A DNA stretch of 64,000 nt, from contig CAZQOO010000002.1 in NCBI GenBank assembly GCA_964594845.1, positions 2,819 to 66,818 on the forward strand. The letters run 5' to 3'. Source of the DNA: an uncultured Porphyrobacter sp. (GTDB lineage Bacteria; Pseudomonadota; Alphaproteobacteria; Sphingomonadales; Sphingomonadaceae). Positions within the stretch are counted from its first letter, which is position 1. Each line of letters opens with the position of its first letter. A program made the position numbers and the translations under genes. Below, piece after piece: positions 28,512 to 37,100 of this stretch. A model generated the notes under the pieces. The model was not told where the DNA came from. It did not search any database and worked only from the letters and a program-made list of their open reading frames with translations.

Positions 28512-28677
28512 CCTTCCCCGCCCCCAACGGATCCACCCGGCAGATTGCGCCTGCCCGCGCTGCGATCCGCAGCTGCTGGGCGGCCGACGCCGCCTGCACC
28601 TCGAACACGCCCTGATCGGGCTGATCGTCACCGCTGCCTTCGTGGCCGCGGCTCTCGCCGTTCTTGGCACCAACTGA
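28504..28677 (+). CDS. Small protein with HPADCACPRC motif and a TM helix
   Basis: Manual translation MRNLPRPQRIHPADCACPRCD...LIGLIVTAAFVAAALAVLG; GGAG RBS. Confidence 0.55.
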   Translation: MRNLPRPQRIHPADCACPRCDPQLLGGRRRLHLEHALIGLIVTAAFVAAALAVLGTN

Positions 28678-28691
28678 AGGAGCTTGGCCCC

Positions 28692-28862
28692 ATGACTTCC
28701 AAGGCACAACAGCACTACACGTTCGAATGCAGCTGCGGAAAGCAGCACACCAGCCCCACCACCCAGACCCCTTCGGGCTGGCAGATCGGTCGCGACGGGA
28801 AGCCGGTGTGCGACGATTGCGTCGCCGCCCGGCGGCAGCGCCCGACGAGGCGGGCAGCATGA
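28692..28862 (+). CDS. Small zinc-finger-like protein
   Basis: CSCG...PSGW...CDDC; AAGGAG RBS. Confidence 0.6.
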   Translation: MTSKAQQHYTFECSCGKQHTSPTTQTPSGWQIGRDGKPVCDDCVAARRQRPTRRAA

Positions 28863-29182
28863 ACCGCCCGCTCCCAACCCTGCGGATCGGCAGCCACGCC
28901 GCGATGTCGATCGACATCGAGCACGTCCGCGTCTTCGCCGACGATGCCGAGGCGTTCCGCGGCGTGATCGCGGCCCGCGCCGCGCTGCTGGAAAAGCAGA
29001 TCACCCGTTTCGTCGCTGCCGGGGAAGCCGCGGAGCGCCTTTGCGAGGAAGCGCTGAACCTCAATCTCGATGCGCTGCTCGAAATCCGCAACGCCGGCAC
29101 CGATCGCGACAAGGCGATCCGCCACCTCGAACTCGCCGCCGCCATGGCGATCACCACCATCAACACCCTTCGGCAGGAGTAA
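28859..29182 (+). CDS. Hypothetical phage protein
   Basis: ATGA overlap; helical. Confidence 0.55.
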   Translation: MNRPLPTLRIGSHAAMSIDIEHVRVFADDAEAFRGVIAARAALLEKQITRFVAAGEAAERLCEEALNLNLDALLEIRNAGTDRDKAIRHLELAAAMAITTINTLRQE

Positions 29183-29187
29183 TTCTG

Positions 29188-29820
29188 ATGGCTGCCCCGC
29201 AAATCGAATTCGCCTATCCCACCAACTGGCCGGTCGGCCGACCTCGTACACCATGGGGCGAGCGCAAGAGCGCGCTTTTCCGCCATCAAGGGCGCGAGCT
29301 GCTGTTCGATCAGGCGGTGCGCCGTCTGCAGGAACAGACCGAAATGGTCACTCAGCGCGGCCATCGATGGCGGATGCGCGAGCTGACCCTCTCGACCAAC
29401 TTCGAGCTGCGCGCCGATGGCAGGCCCCGCCGTGATCGCGGCACGCCAAGCGGCCCCGATGTCGCCTTCTTCTTCGAACTGGATGGCAGGCCCCACCTGC
29501 TCGCTTGCGACCGCTGGGACACCATCCCCGGCAACATCGCCGCGATTGCTGCCCACATCGAAGCGTTGCGGGGGCAGGAACGATGGGGCGTTGCCACCCT
29601 CCATGAAGCTTTTGCCGGACACGTCGCGCTGCCGGCACCCGAACAGTGGTGGCAGGTGCTGGGCCTCACCGCCGCCGCCCCGGCCCATCTGATCCAGCGC
29701 CGCTACCGTGAGCTGGCCCGCAACGCCCACCCCGATACCGGCGGCAGCGAAGCAGCCATGGCACGGCTCAACGCCGCCCGCGACGCCGGCCTGCGCGCAG
29801 CAGTTGGGGGTGCGGCATGA
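29188..29820 (+). CDS. Phage J-domain (DnaJ-like) protein
   Basis: YPTNWPVGRPRT, ACDRW, C-terminal WWQVLG...YRELARNAHPDTGG. Confidence 0.88.
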   Translation: MAAPQIEFAYPTNWPVGRPRTPWGERKSALFRHQGRELLFDQAVRRLQEQTEMVTQRGHRWRMRELTLSTNFELRADGRPRRDRGTPSGPDVAFFFELDGRPHLLACDRWDTIPGNIAAIAAHIEALRGQERWGVATLHEAFAGHVALPAPEQWWQVLGLTAAAPAHLIQRRYRELARNAHPDTGGSEAAMARLNAARDAGLRAAVGGAA

Positions 29821-29948
29821 GCACGCAGATCCCCATGGCCGATCTGGCCGCAATGCAGGCATGGGCGACCGCGCTGATGGCCACGCGCCCTGCCGACTTC
29901 ATCATCGTCGAACTCAACCTCGGAAAGGCGCGGGTGCGATCATGGTAA
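29817..29948 (+). CDS. Small hypothetical protein
   Basis: ATGA overlap; fills the gap to the next gene (MSTQIPMADL...). Confidence 0.4.
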   Translation: MSTQIPMADLAAMQAWATALMATRPADFIIVELNLGKARVRSW

Positions 29949-30184
29949 AGTTCGAATGGAGCTGGGCCGATTACGAGCGCTGCAAACGCGCCGAAGAGCG
30001 CAAGATCGCCAAGGCCGCACCGCCACGCGTCTCGGAGCCCGACCATATTCCCGACGCCGGGGAAGTGGTCGAAGACGACAAGGCCGCCAGCCTCGCTGCC
30101 CTGCGCGAGCAGCTGCAGACCTGTGACCTTTGCGGCAAGAAGCGGATCAAGCCCTGCAACGATCGCGGGTGCCCGCTGCTATGA
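29942..30184 (+). CDS. Hypothetical protein with C-terminal Cys cluster
   Basis: CDLC...PCNDRGCP; ATGA overlap with the methyltransferase. Confidence 0.5.
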   Translation: MVKFEWSWADYERCKRAEERKIAKAAPPRVSEPDHIPDAGEVVEDDKAASLAALREQLQTCDLCGKKRIKPCNDRGCPLL

Positions 30185-30906
30185 TCATCGGCTTAGACCC
30201 CGGAAGCCCCGCAGGCGACATGACCGTCGCCCGCCTCGGCAACCGCGTCACCCTGTACTGCGGCGATGCCTACGCCATCCGGCCCACGCTGGGCTGGATG
30301 GACGCCGACGTGATGGACCCGCCCTACCTGTTCGACAACAGTGGCGGCGGTGCCTTCCGCAAGAGCAGGGAAGCCAGCAACCGCATCGTCGAAGAGCAGC
30401 TCGATCAGGGCTTCGATCACCGCATCATCAACCCGCTGCTCTGCGGAGCGGCGGTGGTCTTTTGCCACAACGACCAGCTCCCCCAGCTGCTGCCCTTCAT
30501 GGCCGGCAGCTTCAGCCGTTTCGCGCTGCTGGTCTGGGAAAAGCCCAACCCCATGCCGATGCGAAACAAGCACTACCTGCCCGACACCGAGCTCTTCGTT
30601 CACGCCTGGTCGAAGGGCCACGCACCCGTCGGCGATCACCATGACATGCACCGCGTGATCAAGGCACCTTCGGTGAAGACCAGCACCTTCAACCACCCCA
30701 CCGTGAAGCCCGATGACGTGATGGACAAGATCGTCCGCAACGTCGCCGGCAGCACCATCTGCGATCCCTTCATGGGCACCGGCTCGACGGGCGTCGCGGC
30801 CGTGAAGGCAGGCAAGGCCTTCGTCGGGATCGAGCAGAACCCCACCCACTTCAAAACCGCCTGCCGCCGCATCGCGGCAGCACTGGAAGGAACCGCACAT
30901 GGCTGA
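30181..30906 (+). CDS. DNA amino-methyltransferase (N6A/N4C, beta class)
   Basis: DPPY precedes HPTVKP and DPFMGTGSTG. Confidence 0.9.
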   Translation: MIIGLDPGSPAGDMTVARLGNRVTLYCGDAYAIRPTLGWMDADVMDPPYLFDNSGGGAFRKSREASNRIVEEQLDQGFDHRIINPLLCGAAVVFCHNDQLPQLLPFMAGSFSRFALLVWEKPNPMPMRNKHYLPDTELFVHAWSKGHAPVGDHHDMHRVIKAPSVKTSTFNHPTVKPDDVMDKIVRNVAGSTICDPFMGTGSTGVAAVKAGKAFVGIEQNPTHFKTACRRIAAALEGTAHG

Positions 30907-31963
30907 CAACACCCACATTGAATGGACCGAGGCGACCTGGAACCCGATTACCGGCTGCTCGCTCGCGAGCCCGGGCTGCACCAACTGCTACGCGATGCAG
31001 CTTGCCGGCACGCGCCTCGCCCATCACGAAAGCCGCGCTGGCCTGACCCGCCAGGTCAACGGCAACCACGTCTGGACGGGTGAAGTCCGCTTCAACCAGC
31101 AATGGCTGGATCAGCCCCTGCGCTGGACCAAGCCGCGCATGATCTTCGTCTGCGCCCACGGCGACCTGTTCCACGAAAGCGTGCCCGACGCATGGATCGA
31201 CCGCATCTTCGCGGTGATGGCGCTCTGCCCGCAGCACACCTTTCAGGTGCTGACGAAGCGCTCGGCGCGGATGCGGGATTACTTCCGTGAGAACACGGGC
31301 TGGCGCGCGCGCATCGCCGAGCTGCTGAACGAACTGAAGCCGTCCCCTCTTTGGAACGGCAACGTCTATCAGGGCTGGCAGAACCTTCACGGCAGGCCCG
31401 ATGGGCTCTCGAACGTCTGGCTCGGCGTCAGCGTCGAGGACCAGCAGCGCGCCGACGAGCGCATCCCCGATCTGCTCGCCACCCCCGCCGCCGTCCGCTG
31501 GATCAGCGCCGAGCCTTTGCTCGGGCCGGTCAACCTGCGCCGTCTGCGGATTACTCCGGTCGACCACACGATCGTCGACGCCCTCGAAGGCTACACGATC
31601 GTCCGCGCCTTCGAGCGCGGACAGGACCTCCGCAAGATCGACTGGGTCGTGGTCGGCGGCGAGAGCGGTGCCAAGGCGCGTCCGATGCACCCCGACTGGG
31701 CCCGCTCCCTGCGCGATCAATGTGCTGCCGCGGGCGTGCCGTTCTTCTTCAAGCAATGGGGCGAGTGGTGGCCGAACCCGCCGGAAGCGACGATGACTAT
31801 CCAGCAGTTCAACATGCAGCTGCGCTACATCGACGTCGACACCGGTCGCGAGAAGACCGATCCGACCCGCACCAGCGATAGGGCGATGCGAAAGATCGGC
31901 AAAAAGCGCGCCGGGCGCCTGCTCGACGGGGGCGAACACAATGAGATGCCGGGCGATGTCTGA
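30899..31963 (+). CDS. Phage Gp37/Gp68 family protein (DUF5131)
   Basis: IEWTEATWNPITGC..ASPGCTNCYA, DLFHE, HTFQVLTKR, WVVVGGESG, PFFFKQWG. Confidence 0.92.
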   Translation: MADNTHIEWTEATWNPITGCSLASPGCTNCYAMQLAGTRLAHHESRAGLTRQVNGNHVWTGEVRFNQQWLDQPLRWTKPRMIFVCAHGDLFHESVPDAWIDRIFAVMALCPQHTFQVLTKRSARMRDYFRENTGWRARIAELLNELKPSPLWNGNVYQGWQNLHGRPDGLSNVWLGVSVEDQQRADERIPDLLATPAAVRWISAEPLLGPVNLRRLRITPVDHTIVDALEGYTIVRAFERGQDLRKIDWVVVGGESGAKARPMHPDWARSLRDQCAAAGVPFFFKQWGEWWPNPPEATMTIQQFNMQLRYIDVDTGREKTDPTRTSDRAMRKIGKKRAGRLLDGGEHNEMPGDV

Positions 31964-32195
31964 GCCCCGCATCGAATGGCGGCCCTGGCACGGCATTGAG
32001 GTCCTCTATCTCGGAGACATCATCGTCGGCCGCGTCGCGCCGGACGGCGGCCAGGGCAACAAGCCCCGCGCCATCTTCAACTTGGCCGCTGCGGAGAGCG
32101 CGGCGTTCTGGTTTAGCAGCAGGTCGGTCGAGCAGGCGAAGGCGGAAGTTGAACGTCGCCTCGACGAATGGCTGGGGCGCGCCGGCCTGCAATGA
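31956..32195 (+). CDS. Hypothetical phage protein
   Basis: Overlap-coupled small ORF. Confidence 0.55.
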   Translation: MSEPRIEWRPWHGIEVLYLGDIIVGRVAPDGGQGNKPRAIFNLAAAESAAFWFSSRSVEQAKAEVERRLDEWLGRAGLQ

Positions 32196-32359
32196 ACACC
32201 TTCGATCGCATCTGGTACTGGCGCACCACGCTGCCCCACCGCAAGGGGCAGCGCTGCCGCATCCTCGCACGCGGCACCATGAACGCCTGCCAGATCGAGT
32301 TCGAGGACGGCGAACGCCACATCGTCTCGCGCTTCGCGATCAGGAAGGCCGCGCCGTGA
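32192..32359 (+). CDS. Hypothetical phage protein
   Basis: RKGQRCRILARGTMNACQIEFEDG; ATGA overlap. Confidence 0.6.
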   Translation: MNTFDRIWYWRTTLPHRKGQRCRILARGTMNACQIEFEDGERHIVSRFAIRKAAP

Positions 32360-32505
32360 AGCCCCCGCCGCCCCCTGCCATCTTCGAACTGGCGAAGGTG
32401 CTTGCGCGCGCGGCGGTAGCGCGGGACATAGCGCGCTTGCGCGAAGGCGAATCACCCGATGCGAACTCTGATCTACGCCCGATATTCCAGCCAGCTGCAG
32501 AATAG
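32356..32505 (+). CDS. Small protein overlapping the integrase start; candidate directionality factor
   Basis: GTGA overlap; FELAKVLARAAVARD helix. Confidence 0.4.
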   Translation: MKPPPPPAIFELAKVLARAAVARDIARLREGESPDANSDLRPIFQPAAE

Positions 32506-34057
32506 CCGGTCGATCGACCAGCAGATCGGCGTGTGCCGCGACCGCGCGAGCCGCGAAGGCTGGCCCGTGATCGAGGTCTTCACCGATTACGCGATCGGCG
32601 GCGGCGCGGGGACCAGCGAGGCCCAGCGCCCCGGCCTTGCCGCGATGCTGGCCCGGGTCGAACAGGGCGACATCGATCAGGTGCTGATCGACACCACCAG
32701 CAGGCTCGCCCGCAACCAGGGCGATGCTCACCACCTGCGCGAACGCTTGAACTTCCACGGCGCGCGGCTCTTCACCCTCGGCGATGGCGAGATCGACAGC
32801 TTCAAGGGCGCGATCAAGGGCCTGCTCGATGAACAGCAGCGGGTAGAACTGCGCCACAACATCAAGCGCGGGCAGGCCGGGACCGTGCGGCAGGGCCGCA
32901 GCCCCGCAGGCCTCGCCTATGGCTACCGCCTCGCCAACCGGTTTGACGAAACGGGCAGGCCGGTGCGCGGCCTGCGCGAGGTCGACGAAGTTCAGGCGGC
33001 GATCATCCGCCGCATCTTCACCGAATACGCCGCCGGCAGAAGCCCGGTGGCGATAGCTCGCCGATTGAACGCCGAAGGCATCCCCGGCCCGCGTGGCAGC
33101 AGCTGGCGCGCCAGCACCATCCGCCCTGATCGCACCCGGGGCAACGGCATGCTCTCAAACCGCCTCTACATCGGCCAGCTGATCCACAATCGTACCAGCA
33201 AGGTGATCGAACCCGTCACGCGCACCACCCGAATCCGCCCCAACCCGGAAAGCGCATGGATCATCGAAAGCGTGCCGCAGCTACGCATCATCGATGATGC
33301 CCTGTGGGAAGCGGTGCAGACCGAGCTGGAGCGCAACCGCATCGAGGCCAAGCCGGTCAAGACCCGCCGCCCCCGTCACATCCTCTCTGGCCTCGGCCAG
33401 TGCGGCATCTGCGGCGGCGCATGGAATGTCAGTACCGGCCGCTTCTGGTCCTGCGGCGCGCGGCGCGATGGCGGCACCTGCACCAACAACCGCACGATCA
33501 GCACCGAAAGCTATGAACGCCACGCGCTGGCCGCGCTTCAGGAACAGCTGCTGGATCCCGCCGTGGTCTCTACCTACGTGCGCGAATACCATGAGGAAGC
33601 CGCGCGCCGCGCCCGGCAAGACCGCCAGCGCAAGAGCACCCTCGAACGCCAGCTGCACGCAGCAGCTGCTAAGGTCGAACGACTGGTGACCGCCGTTGCC
33701 GATGGCGGCGAGGAATTTGCCGAAATCCGCACCGCCCTTCGCGCCGCTCGCATCGAGCGTGATCGTTTGGCGGCAGAGCTGGCCGAGATCGCCGCCGTCC
33801 GCGTGATTGCCCTGCATCCCATGATCGCCGAGGAATACCGCCGACAGGTTGCAGACCTTCGCACCGCCCTCACTGCGCCCGCCGCCCGCGAAGTGGCCAT
33901 TCCCGTCCTGCGCGAGCTGATCGATCGCATCATCCTCACCCCCAACCCGACCGGCCGCGGAGTGAAGGTCGAGGTCAAAGCCCGCCTCGCCGCTGTGGTA
34001 GAACTCGCAACCGGCGAGAAATCGGGAGTCGAACCAGCAGCCTCAAAGCGGGCCTGA
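32459..34057 (+). CDS. Large serine recombinase (prophage integrase)
   Basis: IYARYSS catalytic motif, RPGL, SRLAR, recombinase domain (AYGY, LNAEGIP, YIG), Zn ribbon CGICG..C..C, coiled coil. Confidence 0.95.
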   Translation: MRTLIYARYSSQLQNSRSIDQQIGVCRDRASREGWPVIEVFTDYAIGGGAGTSEAQRPGLAAMLARVEQGDIDQVLIDTTSRLARNQGDAHHLRERLNFHGARLFTLGDGEIDSFKGAIKGLLDEQQRVELRHNIKRGQAGTVRQGRSPAGLAYGYRLANRFDETGRPVRGLREVDEVQAAIIRRIFTEYAAGRSPVAIARRLNAEGIPGPRGSSWRASTIRPDRTRGNGMLSNRLYIGQLIHNRTSKVIEPVTRTTRIRPNPESAWIIESVPQLRIIDDALWEAVQTELERNRIEAKPVKTRRPRHILSGLGQCGICGGAWNVSTGRFWSCGARRDGGTCTNNRTISTESYERHALAALQEQLLDPAVVSTYVREYHEEAARRARQDRQRKSTLERQLHAAAAKVERLVTAVADGGEEFAEIRTALRAARIERDRLAAELAEIAAVRVIALHPMIAEEYRRQVADLRTALTAPAAREVAIPVLRELIDRIILTPNPTGRGVKVEVKARLAAVVELATGEKSGVEPAASKRA

Positions 34058-34164
34058 TCCCACTTACTCTAAAGCCTAGTTCCCTTCACCCGCTCCAACG
34101 CTGCCTTTCCCGAACAGGGTCGACCGCCGGCAAAAATGGGCCTCGGACGATGGCGATGGGTTTT

Positions 34165-34191
34165 GCGGGACGCGGATTGACCGCGCCCCGC
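34165..34191. terminator. GC-rich hairpin between the convergent integrase and adhesin genes
   Basis: GCGGGACGCGG-ATTGA-CCGCGCCCCGC; no canonical U tract. Confidence 0.4.
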
Positions 34192-34197
34192 GATCCG

Positions 34198-37100
34198 TCA
34201 CCAGCCGAAGGTCACGCCCACCCGGCCTCCGGTCGATCCCTTGACGGTCGATCCGGCCACCCCGCCGGAAATCCAGACACTATCCCTGAGACGGGCGACG
34301 GCGGCCGCCGAAAAGCCCTGCTCGCCGCGGTAGGTCGCCAGGTTGAAGGACACCGAGAAGTCAAGATCGGGCGGGATCACGCTCCCTCCGAGCGCCATGG
34401 CCGCAGCCGTGCCGCCGTTGGACTGGCGCTCAAGCGAGGCAAGGCCCAATTCGAGCCGGTCAAGGCCCGAACTCAGCGCAAGGATCTGCCCCTCGACCGT
34501 GCCCAGCCGCGTGCCGAACCCGCTCAGCTGGCCAATATCGAAGTCGGTGGTGGCAAGATTGCCCAGCGCGTCGGCCGTGACAAGCCGCACCGCACCTTCC
34601 TGCACGGTACGGCTTGTGGCGCTGGAAATGCCGGACAGGGTGTAGGTTGAGCGGGTAGCCCCCAGCAGGATCTGGTTGTCCCGAACGGTCTGCACTTCGC
34701 TGCCGATCGCCACGCTGTTGGTGTGAAGCGCCTGCGCGCCGGCACCGATCGCGGTGCTGCCCGCCGCGCCTGCTCGCGCTTCATCCCCGATGGCGAGCGC
34801 GCTTGCGCCGCTGGCGCTGGCCTCTCGTCCGGCGGCAAAGGCCGAGACCCCGGTTGCGGAGCTGGTATCGCCCAACGCGATGGCGGCGTTTCCGGTCGCG
34901 ATGTTATCGCGCCCGATCGCGACCGCGCCTTCGCCGGTGGCAAGGTTCGGGTCACCGATCGCCACGGACCCGTCGCCGTTCGCCTGATTGCCAAGACCGA
35001 TCGCGACGGCCGCGCCGCCCATGGCCTGGGCGCCGCTGCCGATGGCTACGGCATCCGCACTGCTGGCGACGCTGCCATTGCCGAGCGCCAGTGCGTTCTC
35101 GCCGGTTGCAGCTGCCGGGATCGCGCCGACCAGCTGGGCGACAGTGCTCTCGACAATCCCGAGCCGTTCGCCCTGATCGGCCAGCGTCGTTTCAACCGCA
35201 TCGATCCGGCCGTCCTGCGCGGTGTTCTCGGCAAGTGCCTGATCGGCCCTGTCACGCGCGACGGCGGCACTTCCGATGGCCTGTCCGGTCAGGTTCTCCA
35301 GCGTCTGGATCCGCCCGTCCTGAACCAGATTGGCATCTTCTACCGCACCCACCCGGCCTTCGATTGCTGCAACCGCGCCGACGGCGGTGGTGGAGGCCGC
35401 GAGCGCCGCGTCGATCCGTCCGCTGGCCTCGTTTGCCACCGTCAGAGCCTCGTTTGCGGTCTGGCTGGCACCGGTGGCGGCGACGAGCGCCGATTGCGCA
35501 GCCGTATCGGCGCTCTCGGCCAGCGCGAAGGCAGCATCGGCGCGCGCTTGGGCATCGGCAGCGGCCTGCACCGCGCCTGCGTTTCCATCCAGCGCCGCCT
35601 GCACGCTGGCGAGCGCGGCTCCGGCATCGGCGAGCGCCTGATCCGATCGTGCGAGTGCCGCGTCAGCAGCCGACTGCGCGCCGACCGCGATGCCTTCGAC
35701 CCGGTTCAGCTGGTCGAGGTTGACGGCATCGGTCCCTGCGGTGCCGGCCGCGAGATTGACCAGCTGGCGTTCGTTGCCGAAGCTGCCGATCGACACCGTG
35801 CCGCCGCGATCCGCAAACGCCCCCGCGCCCAGGGCAATGCTGTTGGTTGCGTTGAGCGCTGTTGCGGCGCCGATCCCGATGGCGACGCTGTTTTCGGCCT
35901 GAGCATCGGCGCCGGTGCCTTGGGCAATGCTGCCCTCGGAGGCCGCGTTGGCGCGGGTGCCGATGGCGATGCTGTTGGCACCCAGCCCGGTTGCCTGCCC
36001 GCCCAGCGCGATCGCATTGAGCCCGATCGCGATGCTTTGTGCGCCCAGCGCCGTGGTGAAGAAGCCGAGCGCCGAGCTGTTGGCACCGATTGCGGTGCTC
36101 TCACCCACCCCGGCCTGCGCAAGATTGCCGACCGCGACGCTGTTGGCGCCCGAGCCATTGGCACGGGTGCCGACGGCGAGTGCGGAAAAGCCGGTGGCGC
36201 TGCTCGATGTGCCGACCGCGACCGTATCGATCTCGGAGGCCAAGGCAGCGCCGCCAAGGGCGACGCTGTTATCGCCCTCGGCGCGCGCGGCATTGCCGAA
36301 TGCGCTGCTGGCGAGGCCGACCGCGCCGGCCTCGGCTCCGACAGCGGTGGCGCTCTCCGCGTCGGCGACGGCATTGACCCCGACCGCGCTGGCCCGGTCG
36401 GCGGTAGCGCTGGCATAGCCGCCAAGCGCCAGCGCGCCGATGCCTCTGGCTGTGCCTGCGAGGGTGATCGCCTGGAAGCCATTCGCGACGGCCTCGCCCC
36501 CGATCGCGATTGCGCCAAAGCCGGTGCTGCCCGACTGGTAACCGATGGCAACGCTGCTTTCCCCGCTGGCCCGGGTTTCAGCGCCGAGCGCGGTGGCATT
36601 GTCGCCTTCCGCATTGGCGAAGGAGCCGGTGGCAGTGGCGTTTTGGGCGGCGGCCTGGGCATTGCTGCCCAGCGCAGTGGCGAGGAAGCCGTCGGCATCC
36701 GCGCTCAGCCCCAGCGCTGTCCCCGCCTCGCCGCGCGCGGTGGCGAGATTGCCGACCACCGTGGTGAACTGGCCTTGCGCCAGACTGTCATTGCCGATCG
36801 CGATCGCATTGTCACCACTCGCCAGCGAACCGCCGGTATCCCCGTCGATTCCGTCCGCGCCGATGGCAATGCTGTTGTCGCCAGCCGCCTGCGAGCGCGT
36901 TCCGATCGCTGTGCTGTTGAAGCCGTCTGCACGCGACAAGGCGCCAAGCGCCACTGCCCGGTCGAGTTGTGCCCTTGCGGCATGGCCGAAGGCGGCACTA
37001 TCGAGCCCTCTTGCACCGGACTGGACCCCGAACGTCGATGCACGGTCGCCTTCTGCGAAGCCGTCGGTCCCGACCGCGACGGATTCGAACCCGACGGCAA

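Larger units (their letters stand above)
1..34057. mobile_element. P2-like (contractile-tail) prophage, right-hand portion; left end lies outside the window, right end probably between 34058 and 34197
   Basis: Contiguous P2-type genes P,O,N,M,L,X,R,S,J,I,H,V,W,FI,FII,E/E',T,U,D, plus lysis, repressor, ogr, primase and a terminal integrase; host-type genes begin at 34198. Confidence 0.95.

Noticed and set aside
30181-30906. Restriction-modification system
   Set aside because: No adjacent endonuclease gene; this is an orphan phage methyltransferase.
34022-34048. Functional tRNA gene at the prophage end
   Set aside because: Only a T-loop-like stretch with a broken stem; no cloverleaf can be built.
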